Below, piece after piece: positions 37,096 through 52,719 of a stretch of DNA of 64,000 bases. The stretch is from Eledone cirrhosa (Eukaryota), in contig OZ024740.1 in assembly GCA_964016885.1 (NCBI GenBank), positions 269,390,001-269,454,000 on the forward strand. The letters are read 5' to 3'. The notes under the pieces were generated by a model that searched no databases, was not told the DNA's origin, and saw nothing but the letters and a program-made list of their open reading frames with translations. The translations under genes and the position numbers were made by a program. The stretch's first letter is position 1. Each line of letters opens with the position of its first letter.

Positions 37096-39625
37096 ATCAT
37101 CATCATCATCATCATCATCATCGTTTAACGTCCGTGTTCCACGCTTGCATGGGTTTGGAAGGGGGTTTTCCCACTTGAGGCAAGAGTGATTGTCTTGCTC
37201 GCATAGGACTGTCTGGCAGGTTTTCTACAGTTGGATGCCCTTCCGAACACCAACCACATTTACAGTGTGGGGCTGGGAGGTTTTTACCGTGTTGCCTACA
37301 CGGCCACATTACAGCGTGGACTGCCTGGCAGGTTTTCTACAGCTGGATGCCCTTCCTAATACCAACCACATTTACAGTGTGGGGCTAGGAGGTTTTTACC
37401 GTGTTGCCTACACGGCCACATTACAGCGTGGACTGCCTGGCAGGTTTTCTACAGCTGGATGCCCTTCCTAATACCAACCACATTTACAGTGTGGGGCTGG
37501 GAGGTTTTTACCGTGTTGCCTACATGGCCACATTACAGCGTGGACTGTGTGTTTTTTGTCGTGACACCTACACAATCTCATTTCTTTCGGCCTGGATGTT
37601 GTGGAACCAACATAACTTTACATTGAAAGGGGCGGTGTGGATGGGGTGGGGGGTGGTGGGGTGGGACGGGGGTGTATATTCTTAGAGATGCCTACTGACT
37701 GTAGTAGGTTTTACTTTGTATTTAGGTAAGGCGGGTCTTCTCTATTACTGAGTACTGCCAAAGGTCTCGGTCCAGTGACATTGTCTTGGAGAGGTGTAAG
37801 TGTGTGAGGTCGGAATTGATCAGCTCGTCCCAGGTTTTTCTGGGTCTGCCTACTCCGTAGCTACCGTCTATCTTTATTGCCCTGCACTTTGTTATACAGC
37901 TGTCGTTTTTCATGCGCATCACGTGACCATACCAACGTAGCCTTCTCTCAAGTAAACAACATCTGATCCCTCTTATTTCTAATTTTTTCCTTAGTTCGCT
38001 TATGCTTTGCCGTTCATGTATATTACTATTACACATCCAGCGGAGCATGCAAGCTTCGTTCCTCTCTAGTCTGCGTATATCCTCTGCACACAATGCCCAG
38101 GTCTCACTGCCATGCAACATTGCTGTTCGTATGCAGGCATCATACAACCTGCCTTTCATTTTTAGGGAGAACCCTTTAGCGGCTAATAGTGGTATAAGCT
38201 CTCTGAACTTTTTCCATCCAGTTCTGACTCTAGCTACTGTACTTTCAGAGCACCTTCCCCCACTGCTGATTTTGTCACCCAGGTAACGGAAGCTGTCCAC
38301 TATTTCTATAGAACCCTCTGCGCAATTGAAAGAGCTAGTATTTTGTGGGCACTTGCTGCTACTTATTGCACCAGAGCACCGGCCACATGTAAAATCTATG
38401 TTCTTAGTTAGCTTACCTGTGATCCCACTACATCTTTTATGCACCCATACTTTGCATTTGGGACATAAAATGGAGTTTCTAACTACGCCTTTCCTACACA
38501 CTGAGCATGGCCATTTCCCGGAAGGGACCGTCGCCTTATTTTCTTTCCTACAAACTAGAACTTTAGTCTTAGCCAGGTTAATTTTAAGCCCTTTTGATTC
38601 TAGGCCATGCTTCCATGTTTGGAATTTCTTCTCTAGCTCGGCCATTGATTCAGCTATGAGCATTAGATCATCTGCGTATAGGAGTTCCCATGGGCAGCCG
38701 GTCTTAAACTCCACTGTTATAGCCTGAAGGGAAATAATAAATAGTAGGGGGCTAAGAACAGAGCCCTGATGTACACCAACTTTTACACTAAACTCTTCAC
38801 TATATTCGTTGTTAATTCTAACCTTGCTGACTGTTTCTTTATACATGGCTTGTATAGCTCTCACAAGCCATTCGTCAACACCTAGTTTTCTAAGAGCCCA
38901 CCAGATAATGGAACGGGGGACTCTGTCGAAGGCTTTCTCCAAGTCAACAAAAGCTAAGTATAGGGGTTTACTTTTAGCTAGGTACTTCTCCTGTAGTTGT
39001 CGTACAATGAAAAGAGCATCTGTGGTACTTTTGCCCGACACAAAACCGAACTGCATTTCATCTAGATCAATTCTCTCTCTGATTAGTTGCGCTATAACTT
39101 TTTCCGTGACCTTCATGACCTGGTCGATTAATTTAATGCCTCTATAGTTACTCCTATCTAGGGCATCTCCTTTACACTTGTAACAGTTAATGATGATGCT
39201 GTTACAACAGTCCTTCGGAACAACCCCATTCTGTATGATTTGGTTTACTATCCGGGTGACCATGGTGTGTCCCACCATTCCAGAGGCTTTCAGCATCTCA
39301 GCAACTATTTCCGAAGGCCCAGCCGCCTTACCCATCTTCATATCTTTGATTGCCTTACTTATTATACTACCTTCGACTAACACTGCCGGTCCCTCTATTG
39401 GGTCGATGTGGGGAGACTGTCTTTCTCCCATTTATTCTCCTCATTTAGAAGCCTTTCGTAGTGACACTTCCAAGCTACCTTCTTATCAGCGTCAGTGATG
39501 GCAAGTACACCATCATCATTAAGGACACACTTCTCCCCGACAACATCACGGTCTTCCTTGACACATTGCCTAGCAATCCTGAACACCTCACGTGTTTGGT
39601 CCTCACGTTGTAGAACATGCTTGAA
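37096..39625 (-). mobile_element. RTE family B copy with open RT reading frame and triplicated 3' UTR segment
   Basis: ORF 37722-39431 (569 aa: QFGFVSGKST, FVDLEKAFD, GVHQGSVLSP, LYADD, PHD-like C4HC3, RLRWYGH); 5'-truncated; (GAT)n tail. Confidence 0.93.
37722..39431 (-). CDS. RTE reverse transcriptase (partial ORF, no APE)
   Basis: Uninterrupted RT domains and C-terminus; the upstream frame is broken. Confidence 0.8.
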   Translation of the reverse strand: MGERQSPHIDPIEGPAVLVEGSIISKAIKDMKMGKAAGPSEIVAEMLKASGMVGHTMVTRIVNQIIQNGVVPKDCCNSIIINCYKCKGDALDRSNYRGIKLIDQVMKVTEKVIAQLIRERIDLDEMQFGFVSGKSTTDALFIVRQLQEKYLAKSKPLYLAFVDLEKAFDRVPRSIIWWALRKLGVDEWLVRAIQAMYKETVSKVRINNEYSEEFSVKVGVHQGSVLSPLLFIISLQAITVEFKTGCPWELLYADDLMLIAESMAELEKKFQTWKHGLESKGLKINLAKTKVLVCRKENKATVPSGKWPCSVCRKGVVRNSILCPKCKVWVHKRCSGITGKLTKNIDFTCGRCSGAISSSKCPQNTSSFNCAEGSIEIVDSFRYLGDKISSGGRCSESTVARVRTGWKKFRELIPLLAAKGFSLKMKGRLYDACIRTAMLHGSETWALCAEDIRRLERNEACMLRWMCNSNIHERQSISELRKKLEIRGIRCCLLERRLRWYGHVMRMKNDSCITKCRAIKIDGSYGVGRPRKTWDELINSDLTHLHLSKTMSLDRDLWQYSVIEKTRLT

Positions 39626-40551
39626 CTCGTTGTAGAACATATATATATATATGTGTGTGTGTGTGTATTGAACAATGAAAATAAAATAAAAGAAAACAAA
39701 AGTTAAAGCTAGGTTCTTAATTAGTTCATTGTTTTACATTTATTTCACAGGGTTGATTGATCAATGGTAGATTGATATATCAATTAGCAATCACTGAAAA
39801 CATCTCTTCAAGGCAGCATTGAGTTCTAATAATGTTATTGGCTGCACAAAAAACAGGTGGAAACCAGTATATACATATATATATATATATATATGAATTT
39901 GTTTTGAGAGACTATATATATGTATATTTATATCTAAACTTTTAATGTAATGATACACCTTAATTGCCAGCTAATTAACTATAGGGATATAAAATATACA
40001 GAAGCGAAAACCAACCAGAACCAAATAGTGGAGCCATTATGAGTCTTACACATAATGGAGCCAGTATGAGGGAAACCCGGGCAGTTAGTGACAACAAACC
40101 TTACTCATAGTCGAGCCCTTGATGGTGCCGCTATGAGGAGGGTCTGGCCAAGTTGTCCACATGATACCCTGCTTACATCGGAACCAGCCAAGACAAACCT
40201 ACATTTGGCGCAAAATCAATTTTTAACATTCACATGACCTCTACCGACCAATCAAAATTGTTTTGACCACAAGAATTTTTGTAACATGAATTGGCGCGAA
40301 ACTTATTTTAATACGTCTGGAGCCACTTTTTTCACATAAAACAGGTAGAATTTCCAAAACTAATCAGATTAGAGCAAACATCACGGGCACTCTATCTCAA
40401 AATTATTTTTGAAAAGCATTAGAAATGCGCAACCGGTAAAAACTTAAAACCAAAACTGAATACTAACCAATACTTATTACTAATTTTTACTTATTCCTAA
40501 TTAAACTATTTTTCACTGGGAACAATTTGTCAGCATTTTCTTTCCCTTTTA

Positions 40552-40594
<43 letters not shown>

Positions 40595-40596
<2 letters not shown>

Positions 40597-40901
40597 TGTT
40601 GTTTCCTTGAGCAAGACACCTTATTTCACATTGTTCCAGTTTACTCAGCTGTAGAAATGAGATGATAGGACGGGGGTCCCTATCATTCCACTACAAAGGT
40701 GTTGTTAAGGTACCACGGCAAAAAAGCACCCAGCCCCCACTGTAAAAGTGGACGTGTAGGCGCCACGGAAAAAAAAAACACCCAGCACTCACTGTAAATG
40801 AGGCTGGTGTTAAGAAGGGCATCCAGTTGTAGAAATCAAGCCAGAATCAGTTCCCATCCTATCCTTGCAAGCAGGGAACAGCGGACGTAAAATGATGATG
40901 A
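40595..40901 (+). mobile_element. CORE-SINE, 5'-truncated, RTE family C tail
   Basis: tgttgtttccttgagcaagacacc...ctcagctgtagaaatg, then an RTE-A-like UTR, then ccttgcaagcagggaacagcggacgtaaaa(gat)n. Confidence 0.8.
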
Positions 40902-40907
40902 TATATA

Positions 40908-41120
40908 ATCATCATCAATTCACATCCATCTTCCATGCGCTAGCATGGGTTGGACAGTTTTGTCCCACTTGAGGCGAGATTGGTCGAGAGACCATGTCTC
41001 ACTCATACATAACTGTTTCTGGCAGGTTTTCTATGACTGCATGCCTTTCCTAACACCAACCACATTTACAGTGTGGGCTGGGAGCCTTTTTACTGCGTCT
41101 CCCAAATGACCACTTTACAT
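40908..41120 (-). mobile_element. RTE-related 3' tail fragment
   Basis: (cat)n...ttccatgcgctagcatgggtt...cctaacaccaaccacatttacagtgtgg. Confidence 0.65.
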
Positions 41121-41124
41121 GTGC

Positions 41125-41162
<38 letters not shown>

Positions 41163-41267
41163 GTATGAGCAAGACAAGGTCAGCCGACTGGACACTGCTC
41201 ACAACAGGACAACCCGTCTAATTCATGCTAGCGCGGAAGAACAGTCGTAAAACGATGATGATGATGA

Positions 41268-41330
<63 letters not shown>

Positions 41331-41820
41331 TATATATATATACATATATGCATAAATGAATTGAGAGAGAGACTGAGCATAAGAGGAATCAAATGCTGTG
41401 TGCAGGAGAGGCGGTTGCGCTGGTATGGACATGTGATGCGTATGAAGGATGACAGCTGCATAAAAAGGTGCAGAGCACTAGAAGTCGATGTAAACCACAG
41501 AGTGGGAGACCCAAGATGACCTGGGATGAGGTGATAAAAGCCGACCTTACCCAATTACACCTCTCAAAGGTGATGACACACGACCGTGACTTCTGGCGTC
41601 ACGCAGTAATACAGAGTACCCGACCTCCCATGGGTACAAGCTGAAGCATATAGACAATATGCCTCCACACACCCCACCGCAAGGTGGTCGTGGAGGTGCC
41701 ATGGCAAAAAAGCACCCAGCCCACACTGTAAAGTGGACGTGTAGGTGCCACGAAAACGCACCCAGCACTCACTGTAAATGAGGTTGGTGTTAGGAAGGGC
41801 ATCCAGCTGTAGAAATCAAG
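41163..41820 (+). mobile_element. RTE family A fragments (terminal 41163-41270; ORF end and UTR 41350-41820)
   Basis: Near-identical to 16420-16890 and 16905-17005. Confidence 0.85.
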
Positions 41821-43900
41821 CAGAGCTCCAACCAGACAGAGAGTGACCTGGTGGTGGAAAAGCACAGTAGATAAGGCCATTAGAGACAAAAGTCTAGCAT
41901 GGAAGGCTTGGAAAAAGGGTGGGAGTAGAGAAGGATAAGAGTAGGAGGTTTGCCAATGTTCTGCGATGGGAAGATCAGAGGCATGCAGTGTTCCACATTG
42001 CAAGGCAGTGTGTCATTGCAAATCAGGATATTGTTGGAGATAAATGTTTCCGGGATGATGCCAGTGTACTTAGTGTCACGAATGATCAGAAAAAGGAGGC
42101 CTGGAAATGTCATTATGAGAGACTGATGAATGTGGAGAACGAATGGGAGAGAGAGAAATTACCCTCAGTAGATCCGACAGAGCGACTAGCTATTGAGATT
42201 GACGAATATAGGGTCCACGAGGTGATTAAGGAAATGAAAAATGGTAAGGCTGCTGGACCACCAGGGATAGTTGCTGAGATGCTGAAGGCATCAGGGGATG
42301 TAGGCACTAAACTGGTTGCACGCATCATCAATCAGGCTAAATATGGTGGTGTCATACCCAACAACTGGTGTAGCAGTATTCTCATAAATTGCTACAAAAG
42401 TAAAGGGATGCTCTGGAGAGGAGCAATTATAGGGGTATAAAACTGATGGATCAGGTTATGAAAGTAGCAGGAAGGATATTAGCACAACTAATTAGAGAAA
42501 GGGTCAAACTAGATGAGATGCAGTTTGGTTTTGTGCCTGGGAAGAGTACAACAGATGCCCTCTTCTTGGTGAGACAATTACAAGAGAGGTTCTTAGAGAA
42601 AAAATAAGCCACTATACTTAGCCTTTGTTGACCTAGAGAAGGCCTTTGATAGGGTACCCCGATCTGTCATCTGGTGGTCCCTAAGGAAACTAGGTGTTGA
42701 GGAATGGCTTATGAGGACAGTGCAAACTTTGTACAGAGGTACTGTCAGTAAAGTCAGGGTAAGAATGGAGTTTAGTGAGGAATTCCAGATACAAGTAGAA
42801 GTACATCAAGGTTTGGTCCTCAGCCCGCTCTTGTTCATTATAGTCCTCCAAGCCATAACAGAGGAGTTTAAGACTTGCTGTCCATGGGAACTTCTCTATA
42901 CTGACGATCTGGTTCTTATAGCAGAATCAGTAGAGGAGCTAGAGAATAAATTCTGGCTATGCAAACAGCAGTTGGAAGCAAGAGGACTGAGAGTGAACCT
43001 AGCTAAGACAAAAGTGTTGATGAGTAGAAAAGAGGACAAAACTCTGATTCCGTCAGGGAAATGGTCATGTTCGATATGCAGAAAAGGAACTGGCATAAAT
43101 TCTATAAAATGCACACAATGCAGATCCTGGGTACACAAGAGATGTAGTGGGATAGCAGGCAAACTAACAGGTAGGGAGAAATACGTATGCAGTAGATGTA
43201 CAGGGAAATTAGACAGTAGAAGTCGCATTGATAGACACATTTTTCAAATGCAGGCGGGTGCTATAGAAGTGGTGGATAGCTTCCGGTACCTAGTTGATCA
43301 GATTAGCATGGGAGGGGCTGTTCTGAGGATATAGTATCTAGAATAAGGATGGGTTGGAAGAAGTTTAGGGAGCTGTTTCCTCTGCTGACGAAGAAGGGTT
43401 TCTCCCTGCGTACGAAAAGCTGGTTATATGATGCCTGCGTGAGGAGCGCGATGCTGCATGGTAGTGAGACATGGGCAGCAACTGCAGAGGATATGCGACA
43501 GCTAGAGAGAAATGTGGCAAGCATGCTCCGTTGGATGCGCAATGTCAATGTGCATGATTGGCCCAGCATGAATGTGTTGAGAGAGAAACTTTGTCTGAGA
43601 GGGATAGAATGCAGTGTGCGAGAGAGGAGACTGAGGTGGTATGGACATTTGATGCGCATGGAGGATGACCGATGCGTGAAGAAGTTCCAGGAAATGCCAG
43701 TTGAAGGAAGACATGGTAGAGGTAGACCATGAAAAACATGGGCAGACGTGGTGAGAACAGACCTCAGATCATTGAAGCCCACGGTGGAGATGACGAAGGA
43801 CCGTGACAAGTGGAGAGATGCTGTGCTGAATAAGACCCGTCCCACCCTTGTAAGCAGGGAAAGGCGGATGTAAAATAATGATGATGATGACGATGATGAT
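41821..43900 (+). mobile_element. RTE family C, 5'-truncated, multiply frameshifted
   Basis: Collinear ORFs 41919-42440, 42711-43334 (LLYTDD, C4HC3) and 43349-43732; very short 3' UTR and (GAT)n tail. Confidence 0.9.
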
Positions 43901-44303
43901 ATATATGTATGTATACAGCAAAACTAATTATACAAAGCTCAAAAAGTATGTAGAGAATTATATATGATAGTATATAACTGCCATGTCTTTTCAGAATTAG
44001 CTCAATGTATTTATATATTATATTGATCTGAAGAGAAAGTAGATCGTTTTTAGGGAGAAACAATTGGAAAAGCAGGCATAAACACAAACCAAATATAATC
44101 AAATAAATATGCAGATGGAAAAATTAGCTTTCAAATCATTTTACACATACACGCACACACATACATATATAACCCATGCTATTGTGGAAGAACGGACGTA
44201 AAACGGTGATGATGATGATGTATATATATATAATACAATATATATAAAATACATATGTATATATTCACACACTCAGTCACACATATATTTGAAAATGACT
44301 TAC

Positions 44304-44462
44304 TTGTGGTGGAAAGTGGTTGATGGTGAAATCTTCAACTTTAAAGGCTGCCAATGCTCTAAAAGCAGCAGCACTGACTTCAGGATTGCACTTCTTTGAA
44401 CTGGAATCACCAAACTTTTGAGAAATTAACCAAAGCATGCTGATAACTGCTTCTTGGAATTT
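44304..44462 (-). CDS. FOCAD: Focadhesin coding exon (most 5' exon found; phase 0 to 0)
   Basis: Acceptor atttcag and donor gtaagt; 159 nt encoding KFQEAVISMLWLISQKFGDSSSKKCNPEVSAAAFRALAAFKVEDFTINHFPPQ. Compare the recalled FOCAD FKVQVLSFLW...VANAAYRSLANF...HLP. Confidence 0.88.
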
Positions 44463-45877
44463 CTGAAATACATGAAGGATATATAATTTTTCTTTTGTTA
44501 AGGAAAAAATACTCTTTGATCTTATTTGATGGCATATAGGAAAAAAAACACAGTAGCATATATCAAGAAAAAATAGTTTATATAATTAGAGGTAAGCATC
44601 AAATGCTATCAAAATATAAAGCAGAAAATATAATGAAAAAACATGCAAAAAAATGTCAGAAACATATTTTCTAATAATAAAATCTTGTAATTTATAAAGG
44701 GCAGTGAAAGTGGAGAAGCTACAACAGGAAACATTCTATATAAAGAGGATAACAATACAAAGTCATTTTCAGTGTATAAAATTAGGCAATACAGGTAACC
44801 TGCAATGTCTTGGTAAACATTAACTGATATATAACTCAGCTTCACATAGAAGACCTGGGTGATATCTTGAAGCATTTTTACCCACCTGCTAAACACAAGT
44901 TGGGTCCTATATGCTATAAAATATGGTAATTTAATACCAAAGAAGATTGCCTATATTTGCAGATAGTATCTATTATTAATAGAGACTGTTTAATTCATGG
45001 TTATAACAAATACTATGGGGTCCTTCAATTACCAAAGAGATAATTCTGAATGGTAACCTATACATTTCTATCTTACAACACCACTAAAGGGATAAAGAAT
45101 CCTAGCAATAAACCATTCAACATCATTAGAAAGATTACAAGTTTCAGTTAAGATAAGTGACATAGTTGGCCTGTACAAATTACACAAAAGGAAGAAGTAA
45201 TATCCATTCATAGAGTGAGGCTTATGAAAACTTGGAGTGTTAAAATATGATTTGAATTTTTAATGTGATGCATTCATTGTGCTTTTTTTATACATTTCAA
45301 GAACGAATTTCCTAATGCATTTTCATGTGGTATAGGAAGTTAAGATTTAAAGAATACACACTTTAACAATTCAAAGTAACATAATAACTATATCCATAGA
45401 AAAATAAGTTATTTAGATTCTTGATAAGGGAAATTGTTATAAATCGATTTACTATATATATATATATATATTAAAAATATCATTCAAAAGAGAACAGGTC
45501 AAACTGTCATTATTTTCTAGTACATTAAACAAATACATACTATTTCCTGCTGCATCAAACTGACATTTCTCAGCATATTTAAAAGAATAAAGCAAATTGT
45601 AAAAGCAAGTAAATTAACTCAGAACCATGCTGTGGTAAAGCAAATTATATCAGCACACAACCATGCCTGATGTATATATACTTTGTTCTTATATTTGTTT
45701 TGCAAGTTTTTTTTTTATTGACAGCATTACCCTCAAGAAGTGTAAAAATATATATACACACTCCTCTCTCTTTATATATAGTAACTAATATTTTGCAGAG
45801 AATGATCTGATTAGATTAAGAAATACATAGAGACAGAATAAATTATACTTACACTAACAATTTTTCATACAACAAAA

Positions 45878-46077
45878 NNNNNNNNNNNNNNNNNNNNNNN
45901 NNNNNNNNNNNNNNNNNNNNNNNNNNNNNNNNNNNNNNNNNNNNNNNNNNNNNNNNNNNNNNNNNNNNNNNNNNNNNNNNNNNNNNNNNNNNNNNNNNNN
46001 NNNNNNNNNNNNNNNNNNNNNNNNNNNNNNNNNNNNNNNNNNNNNNNNNNNNNNNNNNNNNNNNNNNNNNNNNNNNN
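45878..46077. other. Assembly gap (200 N)
   Basis: Run of N. Confidence 1.
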
Positions 46078-47060
46078 TACTGACGCGTGCTCCCTCAGAG
46101 ACTGCCCGATACGCCATGTGAACTGTTGCCTACGCACATACGTCGTGTATAAGATAGAATGTGACAGGTGCAACCAATACTATATAGGTAGCACAATCCG
46201 GATCAAGGAACACACTAAAACCAGGGCCTCGTCTTTCCGGAAACACATAGACAAATGCGGAAACAAAGATGGAAGGCCCAGTGTCACAATTCTAGCGACT
46301 GAAAGAAACGACGGCACATTACGTATCAAGGAAGCGCTCTTTATCAAATGCCTGGCACCGCAAATAAACAATCGATCCGAGAGAAGCGAAATGAAGTGGC
46401 TGGTTTAAGTTAACAAATGATGCACACTCACACACAAACGAGACAACTACACACGCACAGTAGCATTCCACCATACGAACATACTACACTGCCAATACAG
46501 AGGAACAAGGCAACAACACACGCACACACACACTCAAGCGAGACAACAACACACGCACACACACACACACACACACAGTAACATTTAACAAACAGGCAGA
46601 GAATGGACTGACAGCTAGCGCCACCCCACTCCCTTATTCGGCCGCAGACCTCTGCCCGACCGACCCCATTTCACACGCACGCGCGCTCTGCCGAATACCT
46701 CAGATATTCAAAACAACAAACAGCGGAGGACGCGTTTCGCACCTTTCCGACAGACAACCTTTCCCCCACCACGGAAAAAACCGCCAGTTGATGGATGTGA
46801 ATCCGAAATATATAGGGACAATTAAATCTCTCCCAAGGTAACTCTCTCTCGTGTTGTTATTTTTATTTTATCCTTTATACTCTTTACTTCATTCCTCTAC
46901 ACGTCTTATACACACCACGCATCTCAACGTACACCCACTTACATCTCTCTCTCCATCACCGGATCTTGTTATCCGGAGATTTACCCATTTGCATTGTCGA
47001 GGCTTCCAAACGACTTAAAGATATTCACTTATTATTCCACAATGCTTCAAGCAAACTTCA
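46078..47060 (+). mobile_element. Penelope-like element 3' part (GIY-YIG and 3' region)
   Basis: CSLRDCPIRHVNCCLRTYVVYKIECDRCNQYYIGSTIRIKEH...LRIKEALFIKCLAPQIN, stop at 46408. Hammerhead-like remnant ttgatggatgtgaatccgaaa near 46790. Confidence 0.8.
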
Positions 47061-47064
47061 ATAC

Positions 47065-49532
<2,468 letters not shown>

Positions 49533-49997
49533 ATAAATTGAAACAAAATGAAAACGAAATTTCATTTCTCACTCTTAGTATGGCACTGTTGAACAAAAAG
49601 GTGACGTGGTTGCCTTAACACCGTATGGCATAAATTCAGGCTGTTCAGTTTGTTTACAAACGAACAAAGCGACGTTAGCGCCGCTAAACTGATACGTGCA
49701 TATATGTATGTGTACCTGTATGCATATGTATGTATATATGTGCATATATATATATATGTGCATGCTACTGTACGTCTGTATACATATATGTATGTACGTA
49801 TACATGCATACTTACATTTAAGTAAGTGCCATACTAAGAGTGAGAAATGAAATTTCGTTTTCATTTTGTTTCAATTTATCGTTTTCGGTATGCCTGACCG
49901 ATTTAACTCACTCAATATGCAAATTAGGCTGCTCAGCCGTTAATTTTCATAAGGAAAGTATATACTTTCGAACGTTCAACTATCTGGCAGATGGGTA

Positions 49998-50042
49998 AAC
50001 GGTGCTGATGATAGCTAACAAGCTTGAAACTAGTACATCGTT
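49998..50042 (+). ncRNA. Minimal type I hammerhead ribozyme, copy 1
   Basis: AACGGUG-CUGAUGA-U-AGCU-AACA-AGCU-U-GAAAC-UA-GUA^-CAUCGUU; 7-bp stem I, palindromic stem III ACUAGU, predicted cleavage after 50035. Confidence 0.85.
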
Positions 50043-50463
50043 CCTGTGTCAGTGTTGAACAAAAAGGTGACGTGGTTGCCTTAACACCGTATGGCATAAA
50101 TTCAGGCTGTTCAGTTTGTTTACAAACGAACAAAGCGACGTTAGCGCCGCTAAACTGATACGTGCATATATGTATGTGTACCTGTATGCATATGTATGTA
50201 TATATGTGCATATATATATATATGTGCATGCTACTGTACGTCTGTATACATATATGTATGTACGTATACATGCATACTTACATTTAAGTAAGTGCCATAC
50301 TAAGAGTGAGAAATGAAATTTCGTTTTCATTTTGTTTCAATTTATCGTTTTCGGTATGCCTGACCGATTTAACTCACTCAATATGCAAATTAGGCTGCTC
50401 AGCCGTTAATTTTCATAAGGAAAGTATATACTTTCGAACGTTCAACTATCTGGCAGATGGGTA

Positions 50464-50508
50464 AACGGTGCTGATGATAGCTAACAAGCTTGAAACTAGT
50501 ACATCGTT
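50464..50508 (+). ncRNA. Minimal type I hammerhead ribozyme, copy 2
   Basis: Identical to copy 1, 466 nt downstream; predicted cleavage after 50501. Confidence 0.85.
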
Positions 50509-50748
50509 CCTGTGTCAGTGTTGAACAAAAAGGTGACGTGGTTGCCTTAACACCGTATGGCATAAATTCAGGCTGTTCAGTTTGTTTACAAACGAACAAA
50601 GCGACGTTAGCGCCGCTAAACTGATACGTGCATATATGTATGTGTACCTGTATGCATATGTATGTATATATGTGCATATATATATATATGTGCATGCTAC
50701 TGTACGTCTGTATACATATATGTATGTACGTATACATGCATACTTACA

Positions 50749-50827
50749 TATATATATACATATATATATATATACATATATATATACATATATATATACA
50801 TATATATATACATATATATATATATAC

Positions 50828-50914
<87 letters not shown>

Positions 50915-50965
50915 TACATATATATATATACACATATATACATATATATATATATACATATATAT

Positions 50966-51041
<76 letters not shown>

Positions 51042-51054
51042 GTATATATATATG

Positions 51055-51085
<31 letters not shown>

Positions 51086-51086
51086 G

Positions 51087-51153
<67 letters not shown>

Positions 51154-51178
51154 ATATATATGTATATATATATATATG

Positions 51179-51245
<67 letters not shown>

Positions 51246-51476
51246 ATATATATGTATATATATATGTATATATATATATGTATATATATATATGTATATA
51301 TATATATGTATATATATATATGTATATATATATATGTATATATATATATGTATATATATATATGTATATATATATATGTATATATATATATGTATATATA
51401 TATATGTATATATAAATATGTATATATATATATATGTATATATATATATGTATATATATATATGTATATATATATG

Positions 51477-51507
<31 letters not shown>

Positions 51508-51524
51508 GTATATATATATGTATA

Positions 51525-51602
<78 letters not shown>

Positions 51603-51603
51603 C

Positions 51604-51702
<99 letters not shown>

Positions 51703-51777
51703 CCTATATATATATATATATATATATACATACCTATATATATATATATATACATACCTATATATATATATACATAC

Positions 51778-51824
<47 letters not shown>

Positions 51825-52031
51825 CATATATATACATATATATATATATATATACATATATATATACATATATATATACATATATATATATATATACATA
51901 TATATATACATATATATATACATATATATATACATATATATATACATATATATATATACATACATATATATATACATATATATATATACATATATATATA
52001 TATACATATATATATACATATATATATATAC

Positions 52032-52062
<31 letters not shown>

Positions 52063-52089
52063 CATATATATATACATATATATATATAC

Positions 52090-52152
<63 letters not shown>

Positions 52153-52247
52153 CATATATATATATACATATATATATATACATATACATATATATATATA
52201 CATATATATATATACATATATATATACATATATATATACATATATAT

Positions 52248-52336
<89 letters not shown>

Positions 52337-52363
52337 CATACATATATATATATACATATATAT

Positions 52364-52430
<67 letters not shown>

Positions 52431-52431
52431 C

Positions 52432-52464
<33 letters not shown>

Positions 52465-52477
52465 CATATATATATAC

Positions 52478-52528
<51 letters not shown>

Positions 52529-52667
52529 TATATACATATATATATATACATATATATATACATATATATATACATATATATATATATATACATATATACA
52601 TATATATATACATATATACATATATATATACATATATATATACATATATATATACATATATATATAC

Positions 52668-52710
<43 letters not shown>
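50749..52710. repeat. ~2-kb (TA)n microsatellite with TACA/TGTA polarity switches
   Basis: Seen directly. Confidence 0.97.
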
Positions 52711-52719
52711 GCGGCGATG

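Larger units (their letters stand above)
49533..50748 (+). mobile_element. Retrozyme-like or PLE-derived 466-bp tandem repeat (2.5 units) with a 55-bp inverted 5' piece
   Basis: Units start at 49587, 50053 and 50519. 49533-49587 is the reverse complement of 49825-49879. One hammerhead per full unit; no credible ORF. Confidence 0.75.
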
